Positions 24,525 to 37,170 of a DNA stretch of 64,000 nucleotides are shown here, in pieces (the stretch's first letter is position 1; the number at the start of each line of letters is the position of its first letter). This DNA comes from Zootoca vivipara. Its lineage: Eukaryota. A program made the translations under genes and the position numbers. The notes beneath the pieces were generated by a model, which saw only the letters and a list, made by a program, of their open reading frames with translations, did not search any database and was not told the DNA's origin. The stretch is from the NCBI RefSeq assembly GCF_963506605.1, contig NC_083292.1, positions 27,652,001 through 27,716,000 of the forward strand. The letters are read 5' to 3'.

Positions 24525-24930
24525 AAGATGAGGTCTACTTGGAAGTAAACACCACAGAAAAAGATAGTGCCTCTGAACATATGCAGAATACAATCTGTCT
24601 CCACAGTTCCACAATGAGGGTGATGCATGCAGGCTTAAGCCCTGGGGTCTGAAACTGAATGTGGCATTATTTGTATTGACTTGATGCTCATCCCACTTGT
24701 GCCATGCCTAGAAAGCATAGGTCGGAGCAGATTTCCCTTTGCCCTGCTCCTTTCCAAGGGAAAACCTGCTCTTTAGCAAAACAAAATGGTAATCTGGGGC
24801 AAACCTGAATTGTCCAATTAAGCACTAACTACGGTAAAGAATGTGGGGTTTTTTTTTGGAGGGAAGCAGAATTAGTGGGACAAGAGGAAGTGAGGATAAG
24901 TCCTTATTGACTAGCCTGGTCTGTAGCCTC

Positions 24931-25153
24931 TGGTACCTCGGGTTACAAACGCTTCAGGTTACAAACTCTGCTAACCCAGAAATAGTACCTCAGGTTAAGA
25001 ACTTTGCTTCAGGATGAGAACAGAAATTGTGCTCTGGTGGCGCGGCAGCAGGAGGAGGCCCCATTAGCTAAAGTGGTGCTCCAGGTTAAGAACAGTTTCA
25101 GGTTAAGAACGGACCTCCGGAACGAATTAAGTTCTTAACCAGAGGTACCACTG
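24931..25153. mobile_element. Tc1/mariner (Tigger-like) MITE
   Basis: tggtacctcgggtta...taaccagaggtaccactgta. Confidence 0.82.
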
Positions 25154-25931
25154 TAATTCAGATTGGGAAGTGGGTGTGTCACAGCAGTGTGAAAGAGACC
25201 CTTCCATCTACGAAGCAGGAAAGGAGCAAGGAAGGCAGACCCTGAGCCTGTCAGTAAATTAATATTCATAGATTCAAAGATGGGTTTATTGGAGCAGCCT
25301 TGGAGCTATTGGGGGGGGGGAGTTTAACTTTTTCTCTTCCTGTCATCATTGCTCGGACAAAAGATTTCCTCTCTGAAGTTGCTACTTGCTTTTCAAGACA
25401 AGCCTCTGCAGGTGACAGAGAGAGCTTCTTTTGAAATGCAAGTACCCCGGTAACAGCTTCAGAGAGGATTTGGGAGGGGCAGGGATGTTCTCCCCAGGGA
25501 GATCCACCTGCTGCCAACATTAACATCATTTTTGCAACATACAAAGATGTACTTCTTCTCTTAGGCATTAAAGGGAATGTGACAATCAATAATTTTACTT
25601 CTGTTTTTGTGTTCCATTTATTGGGGGCGGGGAGCGGTATTTGTTGCTGTTTATGTGTTCTACCTACCTGCCTGAGACATCCCTTCCAATGCCCCACAAG
25701 AGAGGGGAAGAGGACAAAGGGTTAGGGAGGAGAAGCAGGTGTCAACTTTCTGAGAGAACATAAATGGTCCATTGCCCTTTTACACATACGGTAGTGATTA
25801 ATTTTCAAGTCATTAGTTTTGAAGAAGGGTGGCATTCAGGACTTACTCTGAGCCAAGGTTCATGAAATATGTGACATAATGATCACGAAGGTGCCTCTGA
25901 GCATCCTCTCCCTCACTGAATAACTACAGTT

Positions 25932-26145
25932 ACAGGTAGGTAGCCGTGTTGGTCTGACGTAGTCGAAACAAAATAAAAAAATTCCTTCCAGCAGCACCTT
26001 AGAGACCAACTAAGTTTGTCATAGGTATGAGCTTTCGTGTGCATGCATGTATCTGAAGAAGTGTGCATGCACACGAAAGCTCATACCTATGACAAACTTA
26101 GTTGGTCTCTAAGGTGCTGCTGGAAGGAATTTTTTTATTTTGTTT
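25932..26145. mobile_element. Penelope-like element terminal remnant arranged as an inverted repeat
   Basis: ggtagccgtgttggtctg...agcaccttagagaccaactaag followed by its inverse. 15-bp flanking duplication tgaataactacagtt (25917-25931, 26146-26160). Confidence 0.75.
26049..26086 (+). ncRNA. Minimal type-I hammerhead ribozyme motif (Penelope-type)
   Basis: GUAU-CUGAAGA-A-GUGUGC-AU-GCACAC-GAAA-GC-UC-AUAC: stem I GUAU/AUAC, CUGANGA and GAAA cores, stem II, palindromic AGCU in place of helix III. Confidence 0.75.
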
Positions 26146-28179
26146 TGAATAACTACAGTTCATCCATCCACATACATCTGGGGGAATTTCCACAGGTAAG
26201 ATCTTAAGGGGTTGGGGGTGGGTGTTTTTAAAAGGCAGCCCTGCTGTAAAAGGTGGAAAGGAAGGACCCATAGGTGCCTGTTGATGATCTGGCTAACCTC
26301 TAAAGATGTGCTCCCTGCCTCAAACCCTGGAGAGCCACTGTCAGCCTGTGAGGGCAATACTGGGCTGAATGGACCAGTGGCCTGGCTCTTGGTATATAAG
26401 GCAGCTTCCTATGATCCAAGCATGGGCCAAATGTCACGTCTTTCTCTTTCTCTCTTCCTGACACGGATGCCTGGAAGCTCCAAACACGTTTCCTGCTCTG
26501 AGCTACATGCTTTCTCATAAGAATATGTTTTTGTCTCTGCAGAGCAATGCAAACCGACTCTGGCCCAGGCACGAGTCTTGTACCTCAAGGCGGACGTGTG
26601 GAGCAGAACATTTTAAATGGAACAAATTTCCTGTTTCTCTCTCCCTCTCCTCAGTGCCTGCAGCAGTGAATGAGCAAAATATTCAGCCCAGCTATCAATT
26701 CCCCCCTCTTCTTCCCTGCTTTCCTCCAACCAGCCCTGAGAGCAGCTCCACCAGAGCAGGAAGCACTGTCCTCAAGGTGACTGGGGGGTTCACAAGACGC
26801 CCTCCCCACACCTATTGGCAGGTCTGTGCAGCAGAGCCCTGTCCAATACAGGCTCTCTGGGGCCTGAACTGACCTCCTGCAACTCCCAGCAGCCCCACTA
26901 CCCACCCAGTGCACAGGCAAGCCCAGCTAGGGTGATGGGGACTCAGGCTCTGCTGGCAGCCCCAGGCAAAGGGCTGGCTGCCTCCAGGTTTCCCCTTTGC
27001 CTCCGGGCATAGCTTCGGAGGAAAAGGCCTTCCCTTAATTATTCATTGCAACATTATGAGATCATCCTTATTCAACTATTCCAGTGCAATTTACAAAATA
27101 ATAATAATAATAATAATAACAATAATGAAATATTATTAAGCAAGAAATACACTTAAACAAGATTACAGCACCAGTAAGAACTGCAATAGGAAAAGTCACA
27201 AAAGTTTTCCAAAACCACCATTTAAAAATGCTGAGAGATATTCAAAAGGCCTGGGGAAAATGCTTGCTTTCTAAAGGGACAGCAGAGCAGGGGTGGGGTG
27301 GGCTTTGCTTGGTGCCAAGGAAAGCATAGAGGACCCCTAATCAAGTCAAGAAACTCCAAGAGGAAAAGGAGATGCAGGGAATTTCTGCCCTCCAGGTACA
27401 ATCAAGTCAAGTGGATCTTGAGACCAGACCACCTAATGATGCTAGCAGCCACACACACACCACCATTAAGTTAAAACAACCCCCCCCTGAAATTAAAGAA
27501 ATACATACGGTTGACATGACCACAGAGCCTAGCAATGACCAGGCATGAGTCCAGAGAGCTACACGTCTGCCAGTGAAGGAGCCAGACCGAGCTCCTGACT
27601 CTGAGCCTGATGCAGTTTGTTGGGCACGTGCCCACCAAGCCCTGAGGCTAACAGGTAAGCAGGCAGGATGCCAGAGTGGCAGGGTTTGGAGAACCAGAGC
27701 CAGGACCACCATCATGGGTGCCTCCTTCCTCTGAGACTCAGAAGGGAAGAAAACTACATGGGATGGAGCTGTCGTTTTCACTGAACTCAATAGAACCTAC
27801 TTTTGGATAAAGCATGCACAACTGAAGTCAGATAGGTTGGCTTATGCCCACGCGACTTACCACCCCTAACATCAGGCAGGGTGATTTAGGGTGTCATGAA
27901 AGGGCAGCAAATTGCTAATTTAATGTATATATTTTTTGCTGGAGGGGAAGATTGTGGGATTTTCTGCCTCAGGTACCAAAATGTCCTTGCCTGATGGCAG
28001 GGGGAAGAGACCATTTATTGTTCTTGCCTCAGGCAGCAAAATGTCTTGGGATGGCCCTGATTACCCGTTGGATGGTTTGACTTCAAGTCTTAAAACAATG
28101 CCCACAGAAGACACCCCCTGGTGTGAAATGTCCCTACAGTATTTCTTCCATGTTTCTCTCACCATTTTCTATAACCCCA

Positions 28180-29480
28180 TTAGGGCATCTGCGCCATAAC
28201 TGAGATTAGCCAGAAAAGCTTGACGGTATGACGAAACATCCATGAAAGTGTTGGGTGCTCACACCCCGTCTTTTGGGTGCATAGAACAGTTTCTGCCTTA
28301 TGCAGACTATGGGGTGGAGGTGTGTGGAATCCTCTGCGGATCCCCTCCAAAACAACTGTGACAGCCGCTCCTGAATCCATTTTGAAATTGACAGTTGCCT
28401 CACATATAGCTGCTCTCTGGGGAAGGTCAACGTATTTTACAAAACGTGAAGTCTAAGGAAAAAACTGGCTGAATTGGCTATCTAATGCTGTGGTCACTTT
28501 TTGCACCTTCAGGGCATGACATTCAACAGCAAAATGCCCTGGTTCCCCCCCTTTTCTTCTTCTTTTAAATAGTGCTTGCATTGGGTCCCCCCAGGTGGTC
28601 AAATTCTTCAGATGCCATAAATGTCCCCAGTCTTCTGCAGGCAGTCTGACAGAGTAGGCCTTCTTAGCTGCTTCAGAAATAGCTGTCCTGACCTCTCCTT
28701 CTGGGCCGCTCTTGCAGAGACAGGAGGACTGAACTTCCCCTTTCCAAAATGGCTGCTGCAACAGCTTCAGGGGTTTTGCGCAGTAGAGGTTGCATCTTCT
28801 AAGTCCAAAGTTGTCCCTGTTCTGGGTTTTGATCGGTTCAGGTGGCTTTGTATCATCTCTGTAGCACTGCAGTTAAAGTCACCTGTTAGCGTCATTCCCC
28901 CCCCCCCCAAAAAAAGCCCCTGGTCAAGAATTACAAGCACCCATCTACTCTTAAAGTAATTCTCCTGGTTTTTATCAGCAGCCTCACAGTATACAGCCTG
29001 TTCACTCAAGGCGCTAGCAGATGACTGAACAATTTCTCCAGGCTTATGAGTACTTTGACAGAAGCAGCCCCGCTTCACAAGAAACCACGTTCCTCTTGGG
29101 GATGAAAGAGGCATCATCAAGGAGAGTTTCATACTTGGCTTTCTGGTCCTCTTCGGCAAAGGCAAGGCTGGATTTACCTGCTGTGTTGTGTTCCTTCTTC
29201 CTTGTGCTGCATTTTTTGTGGTTGTTTTTTTGTGGCCAGGTGAAAGCAAGCAAACTTTTCTTTTCTCTGGTCAAGCTGCAAGGCCCTGAACAAGGCACCT
29301 ATACGAAGGCTGTGGCCGTGCTCAAATTGATTTAAAATGTGATTAAAAGGCACATGCTTAGACTACTGAAAATGCTTGGCAGCCTAGGAATTTACCTCCA
29401 CAAGGTCCATCTGGGGATCTCTCACCCAATTCCACAGTTGTGCAGGAATTCAAAGGAGGAGGAACAAGTGGCAGTCCTGG
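28180..29480 (-). mobile_element. Decayed Ty3/Gypsy LTR retrotransposon gag-protease remnant
   Basis: Frameshifted pieces in order: KYETLL...FIPKRNVV, KPGEIVQS...YCE...RWVLVILD, TLDLEDATSTAQ (gag), GEPGHFAVEC (zinc-knuckle remnant, ~28519-28548), NFKMDSGAAVTVV (aspartic protease, ~28340-28390). Confidence 0.72.
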
Positions 29481-30713
29481 CAAATGGGCTGAGAGTGGGC
29501 ATTTAGTGGCCACACTATGGGAAACAGACAACACACAGCCTCATAAATGCCTCTGCTGAGGGGTTAGGAACAGGAGAAAGTCCAAGTGGTGGAAAAAATG
29601 CAGATCTGGTATGAGGAGAGAAAGGGAGCAGCCAAACTGGGAGCAGACTGACAAGGGGGAATGAATGGCTGCCAAATTCTTAAAAAGCAGCCGTTTTCCT
29701 GCAAGGTCAACAAGCACAGGAGAGGAAATGGCGCCCTTGCCAAAGGCCCACCCGGCATGCTCTTCTCCTCACCCGCACCACAGCACCACCAACAAAATGG
29801 GGAGAGAAGCAGGCCATCTTGACTAGCAGCCCATTTAACTAGGCCAGCAGAAAGGCAAGCAACCAAACCATTTGAGGAAGGGTTAACTGGCTTGGGGAAA
29901 CTGACCCGGGGCAACAAAGAGGGCCGAACCATTAGGCCCCTAAGCCCCAAGATGTGTGCAGAGTGGGAGGGCAGGACTGCTACAAAATGGCGCTCCTGAC
30001 CAGCCGGTCTGTTGGCAGGACGTGCCAACGCTGTCTCACTCCCGCTGAGGAAAAGCAGAGGGGGAGAAATTAATGCTGGCCGGAGAACCATGGGGGGGGG
30101 GAACGTTCATCTTCCCCTCCAGTGCCCAATACATACATACACATGGAGGAAAGAGAGAAGGCACTGAGGAGGAAAAACTGAGGGGGAAACCACAAAGAAG
30201 AAAGAGCGGGAAAGCACAGAAGACACTTGAAAACTTCCCAGTACTACTTGGGAAGAAACGAATTAACCAGGATGGAGAAGGACGCAAACACCCCAAAGGC
30301 CACACCCTCAAGCCTGAGGCAAAATATGGAAACAAAAAGCAGCCAGGGAGATAAGACTCCGAGGAATGTCTTCTGGACTGATCCAGCAAACAGTGCAGAG
30401 TTGATATTTCCCTACTGGACTTCCCCACCTGCTTTCTTGAAGAATGTCTAGCAGCTTCCCCTCAGGTGCAATAAGGAGGCAGTTGCTAATTTTTGGCATG
30501 CCCCCCACCCTGCAAAAGCCTGATGGCAGGTAACCTTGAGGGTGTCCAAGCCTCTTCCCAGGGGAAGTCTGCCAAGCTCCCTCTCTTCCTGCTTCTTCCT
30601 TCAGGCATTTTCTGATAGTTTTTTTAAAAAACTGTCTTTTATGCCCACCCCCTTTGGTTTCCAACACCCCGCTGTGTTTGGGTCTTTGATTTGATTTGGT
30701 CTTAATCTGCATT

Positions 30714-31061
30714 GTGGCGCTGTGGTTAAACCACTGAGCCTCGGGCTTGCTGATCAGAAGGTCGGCGGTTCGAATCGCTGTGACGGGGTGAGCTCCCGTT
30801 GCTCGGTCCCAAGCTCCTGCCAACCTAGCAGTTCGAAAGCCCGTCAAAATGCAAGTAGATAAATAGGAACCGCTATAGCGGGAAGGCAAACGGCGTTTCC
30901 ATATGCTGCTCTGGTTTGCCAGAAGCGGCTTTGTCATGCTGGCCACATGACCTGGAAGCTATACGCCGGCTCCCTCGGCCAATAATGCGAGATGAGTGCA
31001 CAACCCCAGAGTCGGTCACGACTGGACCTAATGGTCAGGGGTCCCTTTACCTTTACCTTTA
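30714..31061 (+). mobile_element. Sauria SINE, near full length
   Basis: Same head, core and tail as the other copies. Confidence 0.9.
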
Positions 31062-31396
31062 TCATTGTGATACTGGCGACTCCCCCCCCCCCTTTGTAAG
31101 CTGCTTCAGGGAGTAATTATTCTTAAAAGCGGGTCATAAAGAATGAAAGCTAAAATAAACACACAGAGGCAGCATCCCATTCATAATTCTCCACATGCGC
31201 TTTGAGTGGGTCTAGGTTTGGGGGATGACACACCCACAGTCTTCCAGAGAGGAGCCATGAGCCTCAAAGTCGGGGCTGACTCATCCAGTGCTGGTGTGTG
31301 TGTGTGTGTGTGTGTTTCTTGGGAGTGGGAGCTACCGGTAAGAGGGTCATCTGGACTTGGACTGCTAAAGGGTACTTATTTAAGGAAAGAAATATA

Positions 31397-31648
31397 CAGT
31401 GGTACCCCGCAAGACGAATGCCTCGTGCAACGAAAAACTCGCAAGACGAAAGCGGTTTGCGTTGCGCGAGGCGTCTCGCAAGACAAAGTTTCCTATGGCC
31501 GCGTTTCGCAAGACGAATAGGAACGCATTAATTAAATGGGTAGACCGGGTAAACCGGGTAAATGGTAAACCATGCTTCGCAAGACGAAATTTTCACTATA
31601 CGAAGCAACTCGCAGAACAAATTAATTTCATCCTGCAAGGTACCACTG
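31397..31648. mobile_element. Tc1/mariner (Tigger-like) MITE
   Basis: TA-flanked cagtggtacc...ggtaccactg, with internal cgcaagacgaa repeats. Confidence 0.85.
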
Positions 31649-31902
31649 TACATTTGGTTTTTCTATCTGTAACAGAGGGGAGGGAAGAAATGGTATGGGA
31701 GGGTGCCATACATAGCTAACCTTGAAATACCAAAATAACTAAGGACTTCCACTTTGGCCCATAGTCAGGCCCTCCCTTCAGCAGTCCAGGAAGGCCGTTA
31801 TAGGAAGATACCATATGACGAGAGGAAATGCCCATGTGGCTCTGGGCAGCAGGAAACAACGGAAAATGCCCTTCTTCATTGCCAGTATTACATAGACATT
31901 CC

Positions 31903-32615
31903 TAGAATCATAGAATCATAGAGTTGAAAGAGACCACAAGGGCCATCCAGTCCAACCCCCCGCCAAGCAGGAAACACCATCAAAGCATTCTTGACATATG
32001 CCTGTCAAGCCTCTGCTTAAAGACCTCCAAAGGAGGAGGAGACTCCACCACACTCCTTGGTAGCAAATTCCACTGCCAAACAGCTCTTACTGTCAGGAAG
32101 TTCTTCCTAATGTTTAGGTGGAATCTTCTTGAATCCATTGTTCCGTGTCCGCTTCTCTGGAGCACCAGAAAACAACCTTTCTCCCTCCTCTATATGACAT
32201 CCTTTTATATACAGTATTTGAACATGGCTATCATATCACCCCTTAACCTTCTCTTCTCCAGGCTAAACATACCCAGCTCCCCAAGCCGTTCCTCATAAGG
32301 CATTGTTTCCAGGCCATTGACCATTTTCGTTGCCCTCTTCTGGACATGTTCCAGCTTGTCAGTATCCTTGAACTGTGGTGCCCAGAACTGGACACAGTAC
32401 TCCAGGTGAGGTCTGACCAGAGCAGAATACAGTGGTACTATTACTTCCTTTGATCTAGATGCTATACTCCTATTGATGCAGCCCAGAATTGCATTGGCTT
32501 TTTTAGCTGCTGCATCACACTGCTGACTCATGTCAAGTTTGTGGTCTACCAAGACTCCTAGATCCTTTTCATATGTACTCCTCTCAAGCCAGGTGTCTCC
32601 CATCCTGTATTTGTG
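31903..32615 (-). mobile_element. CR1 LINE 3' fragment (RT C-terminus)
   Basis: Translates EKDLGVLVD...KANAILGCI...[19 protein letters not shown]...[11 protein letters not shown]. Octamer tail (TTCTATGA)n. Confidence 0.93.
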
Positions 32616-33058
32616 CCTTTCATTTTTTTTTGCCCATTTAAGCCAGGTTTATACAGCCTATCCTATATAAGTTTCCTAGGCATTCAGAACAACACTACAT
32701 CTCCCCACTACACTACACTACACAATGTCCCCACTGTGGAAGGACGTGTGGATCCAGAATTGGCCTCAACAAGTCACTTAAGGACCCATTGTTAAAATCG
32801 TGTTTATGGAAGACAATCTTACTTAGCTACGAGTGATCGCCAAAGAAGAAGAAAGAAGAAGGACATCTCCCTATTACTACAGGACGAAAGCCCAGAAATC
32901 ACATATTTAGTTGCCAGATTTTGTGCTGCCATGATATATATTCGTCGAAGGATGATTTATGGTACAAATCAGTCCTAAATTGAAGCCCCACCCCATATAG
33001 CTGTTTTTAACTGATCTCTCTTAATTTCTCTTATCAGTTTTTACTCATCCATTACCTA

Positions 33059-33094
33059 TGGACCTAATGGTCAGGGGTCCCTTTACCTTTACCT
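33059..33094 (+). mobile_element. Sauria SINE extreme 3' fragment
   Basis: ggacctaatggtcaggggtccctttacctttacc, with ttacctatg on both sides. Confidence 0.7.
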
Positions 33095-33905
33095 ATGTTT
33101 AATCAAGTATTCTATGTACAGTATGTGCTTTAATCTATGTTTGGTTCTTGCTCCCATTTATTTAATAACCATCCACTTAGAGATATGCTGTTTATTTAGA
33201 TGTTTTGCTTATGCTGGTCTGTGACCATAATAAAGTAAATTCAATTCGGTATGGGGGGGCAGTGACCTCCAGACGCAACTGCTTATTTACAATTATCAAA
33301 ATTCTGTTTTCGACAGGAATTCCCCTAGGCAGGAAAGCAGGAGGTCCCTTTCACATCCTGTCACTTTAACTGCTTGTTCCAGGTCTGCAAGGTGTAATCG
33401 AAGGTGATGTTTACGAGAGAAAAGTTCTCGTGCATGTACTAGACAGATCTTGTTTCCATTAACACCTGCCTCAGGTTCAACCACGGAACCTCCTTTTGGT
33501 GCCACACTCTGCAAGCCTATGTTCTGAGGAAGGGACCATAGCTCAGCGGGTAGAGCACCTGCTCTGCATGCATTACTTATCTTAATAATTTATATACTAC
33601 TTAGTACCACAGTTTCTTTCTAAGCAGTGTACAAGAAGATTGCAGTATATATCACAAAACCCATTAAAGTGAACTGTAAAATCAGAAGAGCTCGCTTAAA
33701 ATGCCTGTTGAAAATCCAGAGATTCAGCGGGTGTGGGTGTGGGTGTGTGTCTTATCTCAGCTGGGAGGGAGTTCCACAGAAGTGGCCCACAATACTGGTG
33801 GATAGGACCTGCCTGCCTGAGTCATGGGGAACCACTAACATAGAGAGTCCTCAAAGATGCAGTGAGCCAGCAGGGATTGTATAAAAGTATCAGGTATGCC
33901 TTAAG

Positions 33906-34406
33906 CATGGGTCAGCAAACTAAGGCCCAGGGGCCGGATCCGGCCGAATTACCTTCTGGATCTGGCCCATGGACAGTCCGGGAATCGCCATGTGGATCGG
34001 CGTGGATCCGATTCTGATCGTTCGAGCTGCACCATTCCCCCCCTCCCTCACACACAACCTGGTGGCGCCTCCTCCCTCCCTCCTCCTGGCTTCTCCCTGC
34101 CCTGCCTAGAGGAGGAAGGGGCCTGGGCTTTGTTGGTGTCAGCCCCTCTCTGGAGCCCTTTCGCGTGCCACTCATTGTCCTGCTGCCACCACCGCCACCC
34201 CCTGCCGCTCGTAAGACACAGGAGCCACAGTTGGCTGAGCGCCCCTCTCGACCAGCCGCCATATAAAGCAGCCCCTCTCTGGAGCCCTTTCGCGTGCCGC
34301 TCATCGTCCCTTGTTCATTTCCCCCCCTTCAAAATATGGTCCTGCCCCCCACAAGGTCTGAGGGACAGTGGACCGGCCTCCTGCTGAAAAAACTTGGCGA
34401 CCCCTG
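33906..34406. mobile_element. Non-autonomous hAT element with internal ~40-bp direct repeat
   Basis: Ends related to 17658-17903. cagcccctctctggagccctttcgcgtgcc is repeated at ~34140 and ~34269. Confidence 0.75.
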
Positions 34407-34679
34407 CCTTAAAGTATCAGGATGCAGAGAGGCTTGTAATTTAACTCAGTCCAGGAATGGTTCCTCTCCAGTCCTGGTGGTGAGTGAGGCAAACGTCTAC
34501 CTTGAAACGATGTGAAATCACCTGGATTGGATCTGAGTGTCGTACTCAGGACTGGAAGGGTTTCAGTGGTGAGAGAAACGGAAAGGAGTAAGGTAAGACC
34601 CCCATAAACCTCTGAAGGTCTTTATAGCAGCTGGGCAGCAGTATTAGGTTGCTATTGTGATATACGATAAGTTTATTTT

Positions 34680-35276
34680 GTCTCGCCAGAGTGGTGCATG
34701 CTCTGGTTATCTCCCGCTTGGACTACTGCAATGCGCTCTACGTGGGGCTACCTTTGAAGGTGACCTGGAAACTGCAATTAATCTAGAATGCGGTAGCTAG
34801 ACTGGTGACTGGGAGTGGCCGCTGGGACCACATAACACCGGTCCTGAGAGATCTACACTGGCTCCCAGTACGTTTCCGAGCACAATTCAAAGTGTTGGTG
34901 CTACCATCCTACCATATTTAAAGCCCTAAACGGCCCCGGTCCTGTATACCTGAAGGAGCGTCTCCACCCTCACCATTCAGCCCGGACACTGAGATCCAGC
35001 ACCGAGGGCCTTCTGGCGGTTCCCTCATTGCGAGAAGTGAGGTTACAGAGAACCAGACAGAGGGCCTTCTCGGTAGTGGCACCCGCCCTGTGGAACGCCC
35101 TCCCAGCAGATGTCAAGGCAATAAGAAACTATTTTACTTTTAGAAGACAACTGAAGGCGGCCCTCTTTAGGAAAGTTTTTAATGTTTGATGCTGTACTGT
35201 TTTTAATATTCAGTTGGAAGCCGCCCAGAGTGGCTGGGGAAACCCAGCCAGATGGGCGGGGTATAAATAATAATAA

Positions 35277-35307
<31 letters not shown>

Positions 35308-35310
35308 TAT
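34680..35310 (+). mobile_element. L2-clade LINE 3' fragment
   Basis: Translates VHALVISRLDYCNALYVGLP...DHITPVLRDLHWLPVRFRAQFKVL. 3' gatgggcggggtataaat followed by AAT/ATT tail. Confidence 0.88.
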
Positions 35311-35951
35311 ACTGAATATATATCTTGTTGTGTGTGTGTGTGTGTGTTTACTTATTTATTAAACGTGCATCCCATACCTCCCACAAAGGAGCCCAGGGCA
35401 GCCAACAAGTGATAAAACAATGAAAAAACACCTTCAAAACAATTCCCACACAGATGCAGGTTGGGAAAGATCTCCAGTTAAAAGGCTTGTTGAAAGAGAA
35501 AAGTCTTCAGTAGGTGCCAGGAAGCCAACAGAGATGGCACCTGTCTCATGTTCAAACAATATTCAATTTGTCACAAGCTCTCTGTATTTCTGTTCTGGCT
35601 GCTTTCCAGAAGAGACAACTGCCCCCTTAAATCCCCCACCACAAAATTTCTTGCAATAAGCTCAGGCCCCCACCCCCCACCCCGCAAGCTTCCTTAACCC
35701 TCTGAAGGCACTAAAAGCTGTCAGGCTAGAGGCAGCTTCTAGGAGCTTATAAGGAAAGGATTTCTTCACAGAATCCCCCTGGACTCTGTTCCTTACCCAC
35801 TACAAGCTACAGCCCACCCAGATTGCAGGCATACTATTCTCTTCCCCATTTCCCAGTCACTATTGGGTTATTTTGAAAAAAAATAATAATGACCTATTTA
35901 ACACATGTTTACGTGTTTATACGGCAATGTTTCAAATACTATACCTTAAAC

Positions 35952-36087
35952 CAGGCACCCCCAAACTTTGGCCCTCCAGATGTTTTGGACTACAATTCCC
36001 ATCATCCCTGACCACTGGTCCTGTTAGCCAGGGATCATGGGAGTTGTAGGCCAAAACATCTAGAGGGCCGCAGTTTGGGGGTGCCTG
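35952..36087. mobile_element. 136-bp palindromic hAT MITE
   Basis: Same family. 8-bp TSD ccttaaac. Confidence 0.9.
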
Positions 36088-36497
36088 CCTTAAACCCTCT
36101 GTTTTGTTAATCACAGCTACATGTCCTTCCTGTATTATTTTAGTAATTAACCAAATCCTAAAAGAGGCTCCAGAGGAAGCTTGCCATGTGAAGTGCTGTT
36201 TGGTGCTTTTACAACCATCTATTTTTAAAAAACAAAACAAAAAACAGCACAAGGAGAGGCAGAAGAGTGATAATTTGCCTCCCTGCTCCCTTGAAGAGGG
36301 AATGGGGCATCCTCGCATACGGTATTTTTAGCCCAGAGAGTTGGCAATGTCAGGTCAGCTTCCCCTTGAAAAATGCAAGCCAAGAGAAGGCTCTGTTTGA
36401 GAGAGAATGTCTATGTTTCTTGGGGGGTGGGGGTGCCATCTTTATCACAATCCTTACAACTGCTACCTCCCCCACCCCCTTTATTCTGCTCAAAGTG

Positions 36498-36501
<4 letters not shown>

Positions 36502-36550
<49 letters not shown>
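36502..36550. repeat. (CA)n microsatellite
   Basis: Direct reading. Confidence 0.95.
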
Positions 36551-36552
<2 letters not shown>

Positions 36553-36879
36553 TGCACACTCCCATCTGGGTCTGCCAGAGACAATGTGCCAGGCCTTGGG
36601 GCACCCTCTGCCTTCTGTCCCCCCATCACCCCTGAGGCCTCCGCAAGCTGGCACGACCACCTCCATCATCAACAATGCCTAGCCTCTGGCATTCTGCCTC
36701 CCCACCCCATTACACTGTCCTTTAGTCTTCGGGTGGGGGACGGGACACACAGGACATGCTGCTAGCTGGAGGGGGCGGGGGCTGACGAAGTTGAGAGAAG
36801 TGCAGAGAAATACCATATTGGCCGTGGCACAATCAGGGCCAGAGGACAGGCATAGAACGCAAATGCTAGGGAGGGGGCC

Positions 36880-37170
36880 CTTTTAGCTTAGAGAAAAGGC
36901 AAACGAGAGGCAACATGGTGGAGGTTTATAAAATTATGCGCGGCATGTAGAAAGCAGAGAGAGAGAGGGAAGCTTTCCTCTCTTGTAACACTAGAACACA
37001 TGGACACCCCATGAAGCTGAATGAGTCAAGGCAGATAAAAGAAAGGACTTCTTCAGGCAGCACATAGTTCAACTATGGAGCTCACTCCCACAGGAAGCAG
37101 TAATGGCCACCAACACAGATGGCTTTTAAGGAGGATTGGACCAATTCATAGAGGAGAGGGCGGCTATCAG
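36880..37170 (+). mobile_element. Old CR1-type LINE 3' fragment
   Basis: tttagcttagagaaaagg...gaggtttataaaattatg...ctatggagctcactcccacagg resembles the CR1 RT end. A similar piece lies at ~41900-42030. Confidence 0.6.
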
